Shown here one piece after another: positions 47,821 to 56,117 of a stretch of 64,000 bases of DNA. Made by a program: the position numbers and the translations under genes. Numbering within the stretch: the first letter of the stretch is position 1; every line of letters begins with the position of its first letter. The stretch comes from Ruminiclostridium sp. (GTDB lineage: Bacteria; Bacillota; Clostridia; Oscillospirales; Ruminococcaceae), in assembly GCA_016282095.1 (NCBI GenBank), contig JAEEJW010000013.1, positions 15,411 through 79,410 on the forward strand, read 5' to 3'. Below the pieces are notes generated by a model. It did not search any database. It was not told the origin of the DNA and worked only from the letters and a program-made list of their open reading frames with translations.

Positions 47821-47836
47821 CGGAGGTATTTATTCT

Positions 47837-48244
47837 ATGATAAAACTAAGACAAGAAGACTACGAAAAGATACTCGCCCACGCAAAAAAAGAGGCTCCCG
47901 TGGAAGCCTGCGGACTGATAGCCGGGCACTTCGCCGGCGCGGATAAGATCATCGGGAAGGTATATATCCTCACAAACATCGACCACGCCGAGGAGCATTT
48001 TACCCTCGATCCACGCGAGCAGCTCGCTGCGGTAAAGGATATGCGCGCAAATGGTCTCGAACAGCTCGGGAACTGGCATTCTCACCCTGTTTCGCCCTCA
48101 CGTCCTTCCGATGAAGACAAACGGCTCGCCTATGACAGCACCGCGAGCTATCTGATACTCTCGCTCATGGATGAAACGCCTGTTCTCAACTCATTCCACA
48201 TTGAAAACAACGAAGCGACAAAAGAAGAACTTGTGATCGAATGA
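47837..48244 (+). CDS. JAMM/MPN+ (Mov34) metalloprotease
   Basis: E..CGLIAG and the JAMM motif HSHPVSPSRPSDED; 135 aa. Confidence 0.8.
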   Translation: MIKLRQEDYEKILAHAKKEAPVEACGLIAGHFAGADKIIGKVYILTNIDHAEEHFTLDPREQLAAVKDMRANGLEQLGNWHSHPVSPSRPSDEDKRLAYDSTASYLILSLMDETPVLNSFHIENNEATKEELVIE

Positions 48245-48247
48245 AAA

Positions 48248-48278
48248 GACCGTCCCCATAAACAGATCGGGGACGGTC
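48248..48278. terminator. bidirectional hairpin between JAMM gene and alaS
   Basis: GACCGTCCCC-ataaacagat-CGGGGACGGTC flanked by an A-tract and AATTATTATTT. Confidence 0.6.
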
Positions 48279-48318
48279 AATTATTATTTCATGGATCAGA
48301 CGGGTATTCCGGAAGCAA

Positions 48319-50946
48319 TCACTTTATCATACCCTCAACTATGCCGCCGAGAGCTGAGAGTGCTTCAGGGATCTTTGCAAGATCGGCGATACCGGCCATA
48401 GCGCTGTCGGGTTTTCCGCCGCCCTTACCGCCTGCGATCGCAGCTATCTGCTTTACGATCTGACCGGCGTTGGCGCCCTTTTCTATCGCTTCCTTGCTGC
48501 AGATGCAGAGGAAGTTGCCCTTGCCGTCGGCATAGCCGGCGAGGACTGCTACGAAACTGTCATACTTCGACTTGATGTCGTCGCCTGCCTTGCGGAGATT
48601 TTCGCCTACCGTACCCTCGAGGGATGCGGAGAATACCTTGATGCCGTTTATCTCGGTAGCGTTGGCTGTAAGATCGCCCATAGCGTTAGCGGAGAGCTTT
48701 CTGTTCAGCTTGTCTATCTCCTTCCTTGCCTCGGAGAGCTCGGAAACAACAGCTTCACAGCGCTGGATAAGCGCGTTCGGGTTCGGCACCTTGAGAACTT
48801 CCGCAGCGCCTGCTATTGTCTGCTTTGCGGCTTCGAGAGCTTCGAGAACTCCGTAGCCTGTGACACATTCGATACGGCGCACACCGGACGCTACCGAAGA
48901 CTCGGAAATGATCTTGAACAAGCCGGCCTTCGATGTATTGTCGAGGTGAGTACCGCCGCAGAATTCGGTGGAGAAGCCGTCCGCTGTGCTGACTACACGA
49001 ACCACTTCGCCGTACTTCTCGCCGAACAGTGCCATAGCACCCTTCTTGCGGGCTTCCTCGATAGGAAGTTCCTCGGTTATAACATCTATACCTTTAAGTA
49101 TCTCGTCATTGACGAGCTTTTCTGTCTGTGCTATCTCTTCGGGAGTCATAGCGCTGAAATGCGAGAAGTCAAATCTGCCGATCTTCTCATCAACATAAGA
49201 GCCCGCCTGATGAACGTGGTCGCCCAGAACCTTGCGCAGAGCCGCCTGGAGCAGATGCACAGAAGTGTGGTTGCGCCTTATAGCGCCGCGGCGCTCTGCG
49301 TCTACAGCTGCCGTTACTGTATCGTCAACAAAGAACTCGCCGCTCTCGACGCTGCAGTAGCATACGAACTGTCCGCTTGCCGCCTTCTTGGTATCAACAA
49401 CGTTCATTATGCTGTCACCTGCGGTGATAACGCCGGTGTCACCGACCTGACCGCCCATTTCGGCGTAGAACGGGGTCTTTTCAATTACCGCTATCACGGA
49501 ATCGCCCTCGGCACAGCTCCTGACAGCTTCGCCATCCTTGATTATCGCAAGCAGCTTTGTCTCCGATGTAAGCGAATTGTAACCCACAAACTCGGTATGG
49601 AAGCCCGAAACGGCGTTCATCGAAGCCTCGTCCCAGCCGCCCTTGAAAGCCTGATTTGCACGGGCTGTCTGCTTCTGGTTGGCCATAAGTTCCCTGAAAC
49701 GCGCTTCGTCAAGTGTCAGACCCTTTTCTTCAAGTATTTCCTTGGTGAGATCCAGCGGGAAGCCATAGGTGTCATGGAGTCTGAACGCATCGTCACCGCT
49801 GAGGACGCCGTTCTCGCCAAGACCCGCGATGAGTTCGTTAAGAAGCTGTGTGCCCTTTTCAACAGTCTTGTTGAAGCTCTCCTCTTCGGTAGCTATTACC
49901 TTCTTTATATATTCGCTCTTTTCTTCAAGCTCCGGATATGCGGACTTGTTCTCTGCTATGACCTGATCCACGATCTCGGTGAGGAACGGCTTTGTCATAC
50001 CGAGCAGTCTGCCGTGGCGCGCGGCGCGGCGGAGCAGTCTGCGCAGAACATAGCCTCTGCCCTCATTGGAGGGACGAACGCCGTCGCCTACCATGAAGGT
50101 CGTTGCTCTCGCGTGGTCGGTGATAACACGGATAGATACGTCGTCATTGTGATCTGCGCCGTAGGTTTTGCCGGTAACGGAGCAGATGCGCTTGATGATA
50201 TTCTGTATCGTATCGACCTCGAACATATTGTCAACGCCCTGCATTACGCAGGCAAGACGCTCAAGACCCATACCGGTGTCTATATTCTTGTTCTTCAGCT
50301 GGCTGTAATTGCCGTTGCCGTCATTGTCGAACTGGGTGAACACGAGGTTCCAGATTTCGATGATACGATCGCAGTCGCCGGCCTGCTCGAAGCTCTCAAA
50401 GGGACCGTACTGCTCACCGCGGTCGAAGTGTATCTCGGAGCAGGGACCGCAGGGGCCGCTGCCATGCTCCCAGAAGTTGTCCTTCTTGCCGAGCTTCACG
50501 ATACGGTCACGCGGAACGCCTATCTCGTCAGCCCAGATATCGCCGGCTTCATCGTCTTCCTCGTAGATCGTTACCCAGAGCTTCTCAGGCTCGATCTCCA
50601 GCACCTTCGTGAGATATTCCCACGCCCATGCCGTTGCCTCATGCTTGAAATAATCACCGAAAGAGAAGTTTCCGAGCATCTCAAAGTATGTGCCGTGACG
50701 AGCTGTGTGACCAACGTTCTCGATGTCGGGAGTGCGTATGCACTTCTGACAGGTGGTCACTCTTTTTCTCGGAGGAGTTTCCACACCCTGGAAGAATTTC
50801 TTCAGCGGAGTCATGCCCGCGTTGATGAGCAGCACGGAGTTATCTCCCTGCGGTACCAGCGGAGCTGAAGCCATACGCAGATGTCCTTTGCTCTCGAAGA
50901 ATTTCAGATAGCTTTCTCTTAATTCATTAAGACCTGTCCATTTCAT
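48319..50946 (-). CDS. alaS: alanine-tRNA ligase
   Basis: 875 aa with class II motifs (FFESKGH.., GNFSFGDYFK), the editing-domain HTSVHLL, and C-terminal DHHA1. Confidence 0.95.
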   Translation of the reverse strand: MKWTGLNELRESYLKFFESKGHLRMASAPLVPQGDNSVLLINAGMTPLKKFFQGVETPPRKRVTTCQKCIRTPDIENVGHTARHGTYFEMLGNFSFGDYFKHEATAWAWEYLTKVLEIEPEKLWVTIYEEDDEAGDIWADEIGVPRDRIVKLGKKDNFWEHGSGPCGPCSEIHFDRGEQYGPFESFEQAGDCDRIIEIWNLVFTQFDNDGNGNYSQLKNKNIDTGMGLERLACVMQGVDNMFEVDTIQNIIKRICSVTGKTYGADHNDDVSIRVITDHARATTFMVGDGVRPSNEGRGYVLRRLLRRAARHGRLLGMTKPFLTEIVDQVIAENKSAYPELEEKSEYIKKVIATEEESFNKTVEKGTQLLNELIAGLGENGVLSGDDAFRLHDTYGFPLDLTKEILEEKGLTLDEARFRELMANQKQTARANQAFKGGWDEASMNAVSGFHTEFVGYNSLTSETKLLAIIKDGEAVRSCAEGDSVIAVIEKTPFYAEMGGQVGDTGVITAGDSIMNVVDTKKAASGQFVCYCSVESGEFFVDDTVTAAVDAERRGAIRRNHTSVHLLQAALRKVLGDHVHQAGSYVDEKIGRFDFSHFSAMTPEEIAQTEKLVNDEILKGIDVITEELPIEEARKKGAMALFGEKYGEVVRVVSTADGFSTEFCGGTHLDNTSKAGLFKIISESSVASGVRRIECVTGYGVLEALEAAKQTIAGAAEVLKVPNPNALIQRCEAVVSELSEARKEIDKLNRKLSANAMGDLTANATEINGIKVFSASLEGTVGENLRKAGDDIKSKYDSFVAVLAGYADGKGNFLCICSKEAIEKGANAGQIVKQIAAIAGGKGGGKPDSAMAGIADLAKIPEALSALGGIVEGMIK

Positions 50947-50980
50947 GATGATACCTCTTTTATTTTTATTGCTTTATTTA

Positions 50981-51781
50981 TCATTCGCTGATGCCGAGGA
51001 AGGATGTGATGTTCTTCCAGAATATCATTTCCCGCTGGGAATCCGTAAGATCGATACGGTTAAAGCGTTCAAGTTCCTCGGACGCGCTCCACATGGGATA
51101 ATCCGTGCCCCAGAAGACTCTGTCCGCCCCGTATGCGAGTATATATTCCTTAGCCTTTTCGGGTGTCAGATAATTCAGTGAGCTCGACTCGTCCACCCAC
51201 ACGTTCTCTGTACCGGGGAGCACTTTCACGGCGTTCTCCCACTCGGAGTAGCCGCCCAGATGCGCCGCGATCATTCTCTGCCGCGGAAAACGCTTCGCTG
51301 CTGTTTTAAGCTGCGACGGGTGTGAGTAGTTGTAGCGCTTGTCGCCTGTATGGAACAGTATCGGCAGCCGCCCGTCTATGACTTCATACATCTCCATGGC
51401 GTGCTTGTCGTCGATAGCGAATTTCTGGCAGTCCGGGTGCAGCTTGATGCCGTACAGGCCGAGACCTGTGACGCGCTTCACTTCGGCGTCGATCTCATCC
51501 GCGGACATCGACGGGTGCAGTGTGCAGAAGCCCACAAACATACCTTCACTGGCTTCCACGGTCGCGTGTATGAAATCGTTGATCTTGCAGACCTGATCGT
51601 GTGTAGTGGCGACCGAATGCACCAGACAGCGCTCAACGCCTGCGGCTTTGCAGTTGTCCAGCAGGGTCACGAGCCGCCCGTCGAACTTCATCGGTATCTC
51701 GTAGAACTGTCCGACATGCTCCGAGGCCTTCACCGCGATCTTATCCGGGTAAATGTGTACATGAGAGTCGAATATATGCAT
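50981..51781 (-). CDS. amidohydrolase-family TIM-barrel metal-dependent hydrolase
   Basis: MHIFDSHVHIYPD.. (HxH metal motif); 266 aa. Only 34 nt upstream of alaS, so probably co-transcribed. Confidence 0.7.
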   Translation of the reverse strand: MHIFDSHVHIYPDKIAVKASEHVGQFYEIPMKFDGRLVTLLDNCKAAGVERCLVHSVATTHDQVCKINDFIHATVEASEGMFVGFCTLHPSMSADEIDAEVKRVTGLGLYGIKLHPDCQKFAIDDKHAMEMYEVIDGRLPILFHTGDKRYNYSHPSQLKTAAKRFPRQRMIAAHLGGYSEWENAVKVLPGTENVWVDESSSLNYLTPEKAKEYILAYGADRVFWGTDYPMWSASEELERFNRIDLTDSQREMIFWKNITSFLGISE

Positions 51782-51928
51782 CTTATCCCCTTCGTTTCTT
51801 CTGTTCTCCTTGTCGTTTTCTCTATCTGTCCGACATATAACGATTTATTATAGCACTTTTTATAATAGATTTCAAGAGTTTTGCGCAAATTTTCCGAGAT
51901 GTGTTGCAGAAAATTAACCGGATAATGG

Positions 51929-51957
51929 TTGCAAATATTGTCATTTTGTGATATAAT
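51929..51957 (+). promoter_or_regulatory. strong sigma-A promoter with extended -10
   Basis: TTGCAA (51929-51934), 17 nt, TGaTATAAT (TATAAT 51952-51957). Confidence 0.6.
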
Positions 51958-51963
51958 AATTAT

Positions 51964-52144
51964 GCCAAACAACACAATTTGATATTTAATAATATCTCTT
52001 GAATATTATCATATTCAAAACACATTCTTACTATTGGTAAGAGTGCAGGTTTTCGTGTGTTTTGAATACGAAATATTTGTGTTGTTTGGCGACAATCAAA
52101 ACTGCATTTTTACAGTGCGCGGTTTTGATTGCCGCGCATTTTTT
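51964..52144 (+). ncRNA. candidate cis-regulatory leader RNA (multi-stem element plus terminator/antiterminator) upstream of the LRR gene
   Basis: Nested helices: 51964-51977:52077-52090 (14 bp), 52012-52024:52056-52068 (13 bp), 52026-31:52037-42. The terminator TGCGCGG-ttttgattg-CCGCGCA-TTTTTT (52116-52144) has a loop that can instead pair with CAATCAAAAC (52093-52102). Confidence 0.4.
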
Positions 52145-52181
52145 GTTTATATGTATTTCTATAAGTATCGGAGGTCAAGAA

Positions 52182-53438
52182 ATGAGAAAAAGCATAATAA
52201 CCGTCTCTCTATTGGCGGTCATCATATCTTTCTCGGCGTGCGTAACAGTTGACGCGGCATCACAGAAAGTGATGAACGACATTGATTCTATCGGGGAAGT
52301 AGAGCTATCAGATAAAGCACTGATCGAAAAAATCGAATATACATATTCGACATTAACGGAAAAGCAAAAGGAACAAGTCAAAAATTATGTAGTTTTATTA
52401 AATGCCCGTGACGAATATGATAGACTTGTTGCCGAACAAGCTAAACAATGGTATTCAATAATATCGGACGAGTCGATCCGTCTGGAAGAAGAACCAACTG
52501 AAACTATTCCTGTTGACGAAAATGGTATTGTTCAATATGATATACCGCAGGATGATGATTTTGATTATCAATACGATGCTGCTTTGGGAGGCATTATAAT
52601 CTATGGATATAAAGGCAATTCAAAAGCTATTAAAATTCCCGATGAAATAAATGGAGAACCGGTACTGATATTAACAAGGAAAGAAGTATCAAAAGATCAG
52701 CCATACGGAAGAGAGCCCGAAACCCGCTGGGAACCTACATCGCGATATCCGGAATATTTATTGATACCAGACAATGTCACAATTGAGCAAGGAATTTTCG
52801 CGAGTACGGGATTAATCAGCATAAATATACCTTCGTGTATGACCTCAATTGGCGAAGGGGAATTTGCCGGCTGTCAAAGTTTACGTTACATTACTATACC
52901 CAATAATGTCACAATAATAAATCGAGGTGCTTTTAGCGGATGCACACATTTGGAAAGCATAGAAATACCAAATAGTGTTACTAAAATTGACGTAAACGCG
53001 TTTAATGGTTGTTCGAATCTGAAAAACGCCAAATTGCCCGATTGTATCACAGAAATAGGAAAAGGAGCTTTTTACGACTGTTCAAATCTTGAGGAAATCA
53101 TTCTTCCGGCTTCTTTAGAGATAATAGACGAAAAAACGTTTATGAACTGTCAGAATCTCAAAAAAGTGATTGTACCCGAGAATATTAAATTGATCAATTT
53201 CTACGCCTTTGCAGACTGTGAAAACCTTGAAGAAATCAATATCCCCGATAATGGCGAAGCAATATATGATAAAGCATTTTCATACTGCAGCAAACTAAAG
53301 AATCTCGAATTGCCAGATAGCGTTTATGTATATAAAGCCGCATTTTATGAATCAAAAGCATTGACAGTAAAATATAAAGGGAAAGAATATAATTATTCAA
53401 ATTTTGACGACCTTTATTCTGCATATAAAGCTAACTAA
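52182..53438 (+). CDS. BspA-type leucine-rich-repeat surface protein
   Basis: ATG 52182 behind GGAGG, with a signal peptide (MRKSIITVSLLAVIISFSACVTVDA). It has about eight 23-aa repeats of the pattern IxIPxxVTxIGxxAFxxCxxL. The region is visibly AT-richer than its surroundings. Confidence 0.75.
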   Translation: MRKSIITVSLLAVIISFSACVTVDAASQKVMNDIDSIGEVELSDKALIEKIEYTYSTLTEKQKEQVKNYVVLLNARDEYDRLVAEQAKQWYSIISDESIRLEEEPTETIPVDENGIVQYDIPQDDDFDYQYDAALGGIIIYGYKGNSKAIKIPDEINGEPVLILTRKEVSKDQPYGREPETRWEPTSRYPEYLLIPDNVTIEQGIFASTGLISINIPSCMTSIGEGEFAGCQSLRYITIPNNVTIINRGAFSGCTHLESIEIPNSVTKIDVNAFNGCSNLKNAKLPDCITEIGKGAFYDCSNLEEIILPASLEIIDEKTFMNCQNLKKVIVPENIKLINFYAFADCENLEEINIPDNGEAIYDKAFSYCSKLKNLELPDSVYVYKAAFYESKALTVKYKGKEYNYSNFDDLYSAYKAN

Positions 53439-53580
53439 ATGCTTTATAAATAACCGTTATTTGTCAGAAATAACCAAAATTCCCGACATTATTTTTAAAT
53501 ATACGCTATTGAAAAACTAACTGCAATATGATATACTGAAAGTTGCAAAAAACTAATCAGTCTAACAGACGGAGGTCAGT

Positions 53581-54219
53581 ATGGAAAGCAGAAAAGTAAT
53601 CATCAATGCCAAGGGCAACAAGAAAATACACATGGGTATAATCCCCGGTCATTTTGCAACAAACCACTCCCACATCAATCATTATGTCGATCTCAATTCG
53701 ATCAAGACCAGCTTCTTCATGGCGCGTGAAACCGCAAAGGTGATCGCACAGAAGTACGTTTCGGTGCAGGTCGATACAATAATCTGCCTTGAGGGCACGG
53801 AAACACTGGGCGCATATCTTGCGCAGGAACTCTCCGACTCGGGTATGACTTCGGTCAACTCGGGCAAGGATATAGATATCCTCACTCCCGAGATCAACTC
53901 CAACGGTCAGATGATATTCCGTGACGACGCCCAGAAGAAGATATGGAACAAGCAGATACTCCTGCTCATCTCCTCGGCTTCCACAGGCTGGTCGATAGAG
54001 CGTTTCGCGCGCTGCCTCGACTACTACAGCGGAAAAATGGCAGGCTGCTGCGCACTGTTCAGTGCTATTGACGAGGTCATCGGAATCAAGGTGGACGCGC
54101 TGTTCACTCCCGAGGACATTCCGGAGTATCACTCCTACATCGCGTCGGAATGCCCGATGTGTAAGGCAAAGCAGAAAATCGACGCGCTGGTCAACGCATT
54201 CGGCTATTCAAAACTCTGA
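53581..54219 (+). CDS. hypothetical protein, weakly phosphoribosyltransferase-like
   Basis: 212 aa. The segment ILLLISSASTGWSIE resembles a degenerate PRPP-binding loop, and there is a C-terminal CPMC pair. The assignment is tentative. Confidence 0.35.
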   Translation: MESRKVIINAKGNKKIHMGIIPGHFATNHSHINHYVDLNSIKTSFFMARETAKVIAQKYVSVQVDTIICLEGTETLGAYLAQELSDSGMTSVNSGKDIDILTPEINSNGQMIFRDDAQKKIWNKQILLLISSASTGWSIERFARCLDYYSGKMAGCCALFSAIDEVIGIKVDALFTPEDIPEYHSYIASECPMCKAKQKIDALVNAFGYSKL

Positions 54220-54233
54220 TAACCCAAAACACA

Positions 54234-54262
54234 AGCCCGGTACACACTGTACCGGGCTTTTT
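54234..54262. terminator. bidirectional terminator between 53581 gene and fliJ
   Basis: AGCCCGGTAC-acact-GTACCGGGCT followed by TTTT; an A-rich tract lies upstream. Confidence 0.7.
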
Positions 54263-54275
54263 CTGCGAAACGGCT

Positions 54276-54737
54276 TTACTCCGCGTGAGCCTTACGCCAG
54301 TCGGCGTTGGAAACGAACTCCTCGATGAACTGCTCTGTTTCCTTCTGCTCGGCGGCTTTGTACTCCTCGATCTGGTGTTCTTCAAGCCTTTCGAGCTTTG
54401 ACACCTCCATGGTGGCATCTATGACCGCCTGGAGCTGCTTTTCGATCTCGCGGTTCTTCATCAGTATCTTGTGGCGCTGCAAGTGCAGCTCTTGCTGCTT
54501 GGCGTTTATATAGCGCTTGTGAATCGCTATGTCGGTGGCGTTGGTGACCGACTTGTACTTTTCCATGAGCTCGCGGTTGAGCCGCGCCAGCTCCTCAAGT
54601 ATCTGTTCCAGCTCGGCTTCAAGCTGCGCAAGATCGGCGCGCATCTCCGCGAGAGTCCCTTTTTCGGTATCGAGGGTCTGCTCGCGGTATTCTTTCAGTC
54701 TCTGGAGAGTAAATACGAATTTTTTCACGGCAGGCAC
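54276..54737 (-). CDS. fliJ: flagellar export chaperone FliJ
   Basis: 153-aa coiled-coil protein directly after fliI, with the N-terminal FVFTLQRLKEYRE pattern. Confidence 0.7.
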   Translation of the reverse strand: MPAVKKFVFTLQRLKEYREQTLDTEKGTLAEMRADLAQLEAELEQILEELARLNRELMEKYKSVTNATDIAIHKRYINAKQQELHLQRHKILMKNREIEKQLQAVIDATMEVSKLERLEEHQIEEYKAAEQKETEQFIEEFVSNADWRKAHAE

Positions 54738-54746
54738 ATCCTTTTA

Positions 54747-56117
54747 TCAACTTACCGCTTCTTTCAGCAGTCTTATCGTTTCATCGAGCGAAAAGCTCTC
54801 GTTTGTCTTCTGGCACAGAAACGCGTTGATCTTGTCTATCTTGTTCATCGCTTCGTCCAGCTTCGGGTTCGTGCCCGGTTTGTATGCGCCTATGGAGATA
54901 AGGTCGATGTTGGCGTTGTACAGCGCCATGAGATTTCGCAGTTTGCTGGCCGCTTCCTTGTGAGCCTCATCACATATCATGGCCATAAGTCGGGATACGC
55001 TGACCGAAATATCTATCGCGGGATAATGGTTCTGCGCGGCTATTTTTCTCGAAAGAACAATATGTCCGTCGATGATGCCTCGCACGGTATCGGCGATAGG
55101 CTCGTTGGTGTCGTCACCCTCAACCAGCACCGCGTAAATCCCGGTGATGCTTCCCTTTTCAAAGCACCCGGCCCGTTCCAGCAGACGAGGCATCTGAGCG
55201 TAGATCGACGGTGTATATCCGCGCGCTATCGGCGGCTCGCCGATAGACAGTCCGACCTCGCGGTTCGCCATAGCGAAACGGGTCAGGTTATCCATCATAA
55301 GCAGCACGTCCTTGCCCTGCGACATGAAATATTCGGCAACGGCGGTGGCTGTCATGGGACATTTGTAGCGCATCATGGCCGGCTGGTCCGAAGTGGCGAC
55401 AACGACTACCGAGCGCGCCATGCCTTCGTCGCCGAGGTCGTTCTCGATAAACTCGCGCACCTCTCTGCCACGCTCGCCTACCAGTGCGATCACGTTGATG
55501 TCGGCCTTGACCTTTCGCGCGATCATACCCATAAGTGTACTCTTCCCGACGCCGGACCCCGCGAATATTCCGATACGCTGTCCCTTGCCCAGCGTCAGTA
55601 TGCCGTCTATTGCCTTGACCCCAAGCTCTATGGGCTCAGCTATCTTCGGCCTGGTCAGCGGATTGGTAGGCTCGCCGGAGATCGATACACTTCCGGTGTA
55701 AGCTATCTCGCCCTTTCCGTCTATCGGCTCGCCTATGGCGTTGATTATGCGGCCGATCATAGCCTCACCCGTCTTGACGCGGAGCTTGTCGCCGGTGTTG
55801 TCCACGATACTGCCGGGACCCACGCCTTCGATATCCGTGTAAGGCATCAGCAGCACCTTGTCGGATTGAAATCCCACGACCTCCGAATATATGAAGCTCT
55901 GCATATCTTTCGAGTATATGCGGCACACATCACCGATATTGCATTCGGGGCCCGACGACTCGATGCTCATGCCGACTATCTTTTCGACCTTGCCCATATA
56001 GCGGTAGGTGTCGGTCGTGCCTATCTCGGCTTTGAACCCTTTCAGATCCATAGATCCCTCCACGTTTATATAATGCTGTCCCGCCGCAGGAATATATCCC
56101 GCGGCGGGCGTTTTCAT
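54747..56117 (-). CDS. fliI: flagellum-specific ATPase FliI
   Basis: Walker A GSGVGKST and Walker B LLMMDNLTRFA; F1/T3SS ATPase family. Confidence 0.9.
   Translation of the reverse strand: MKTPAAGYIPAAGQHYINVEGSMDLKGFKAEIGTTDTYRYMGKVEKIVGMSIESSGPECNIGDVCRIYSKDMQSFIYSEVVGFQSDKVLLMPYTDIEGVGPGSIVDNTGDKLRVKTGEAMIGRIINAIGEPIDGKGEIAYTGSVSISGEPTNPLTRPKIAEPIELGVKAIDGILTLGKGQRIGIFAGSGVGKSTLMGMIARKVKADINVIALVGERGREVREFIENDLGDEGMARSVVVVATSDQPAMMRYKCPMTATAVAEYFMSQGKDVLLMMDNLTRFAMANREVGLSIGEPPIARGYTPSIYAQMPRLLERAGCFEKGSITGIYAVLVEGDDTNEPIADTVRGIIDGHIVLSRKIAAQNHYPAIDISVSVSRLMAMICDEAHKEAASKLRNLMALYNANIDLISIGAYKPGTNPKLDEAMNKIDKINAFLCQKTNESFSLDETIRLLKEAVS

Noticed and set aside
48946-50868. 640-aa plus-strand ORF, and many other long ORFs on the strand opposite well-supported genes. 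Examples: 499..1215-, 1771..2658-, 11743..12795+, 18554..19690-, 23452..24366+, 31228..32091+, 32651..33481+, 37956..38927+, 40603..42003+, 54471..56171+, 59731..60981+.
   Set aside because: Each mirrors a gene with clear family motifs on the other strand (alaS, iorA, paaK, GGDEF, udp, rpiR, kinase, secF, purB, fliI, fliF/flgC). Their translations are Arg/His/Leu/Cys-rich low-information sequence with no motifs or RBS. These are typical antisense open frames of GC-rich coding DNA.
50947-50980. T-box leader upstream of alaS.
   Set aside because: Only 34 nt separate alaS from the upstream amidohydrolase gene, so there is no space for a leader structure. alaS appears co-transcribed.
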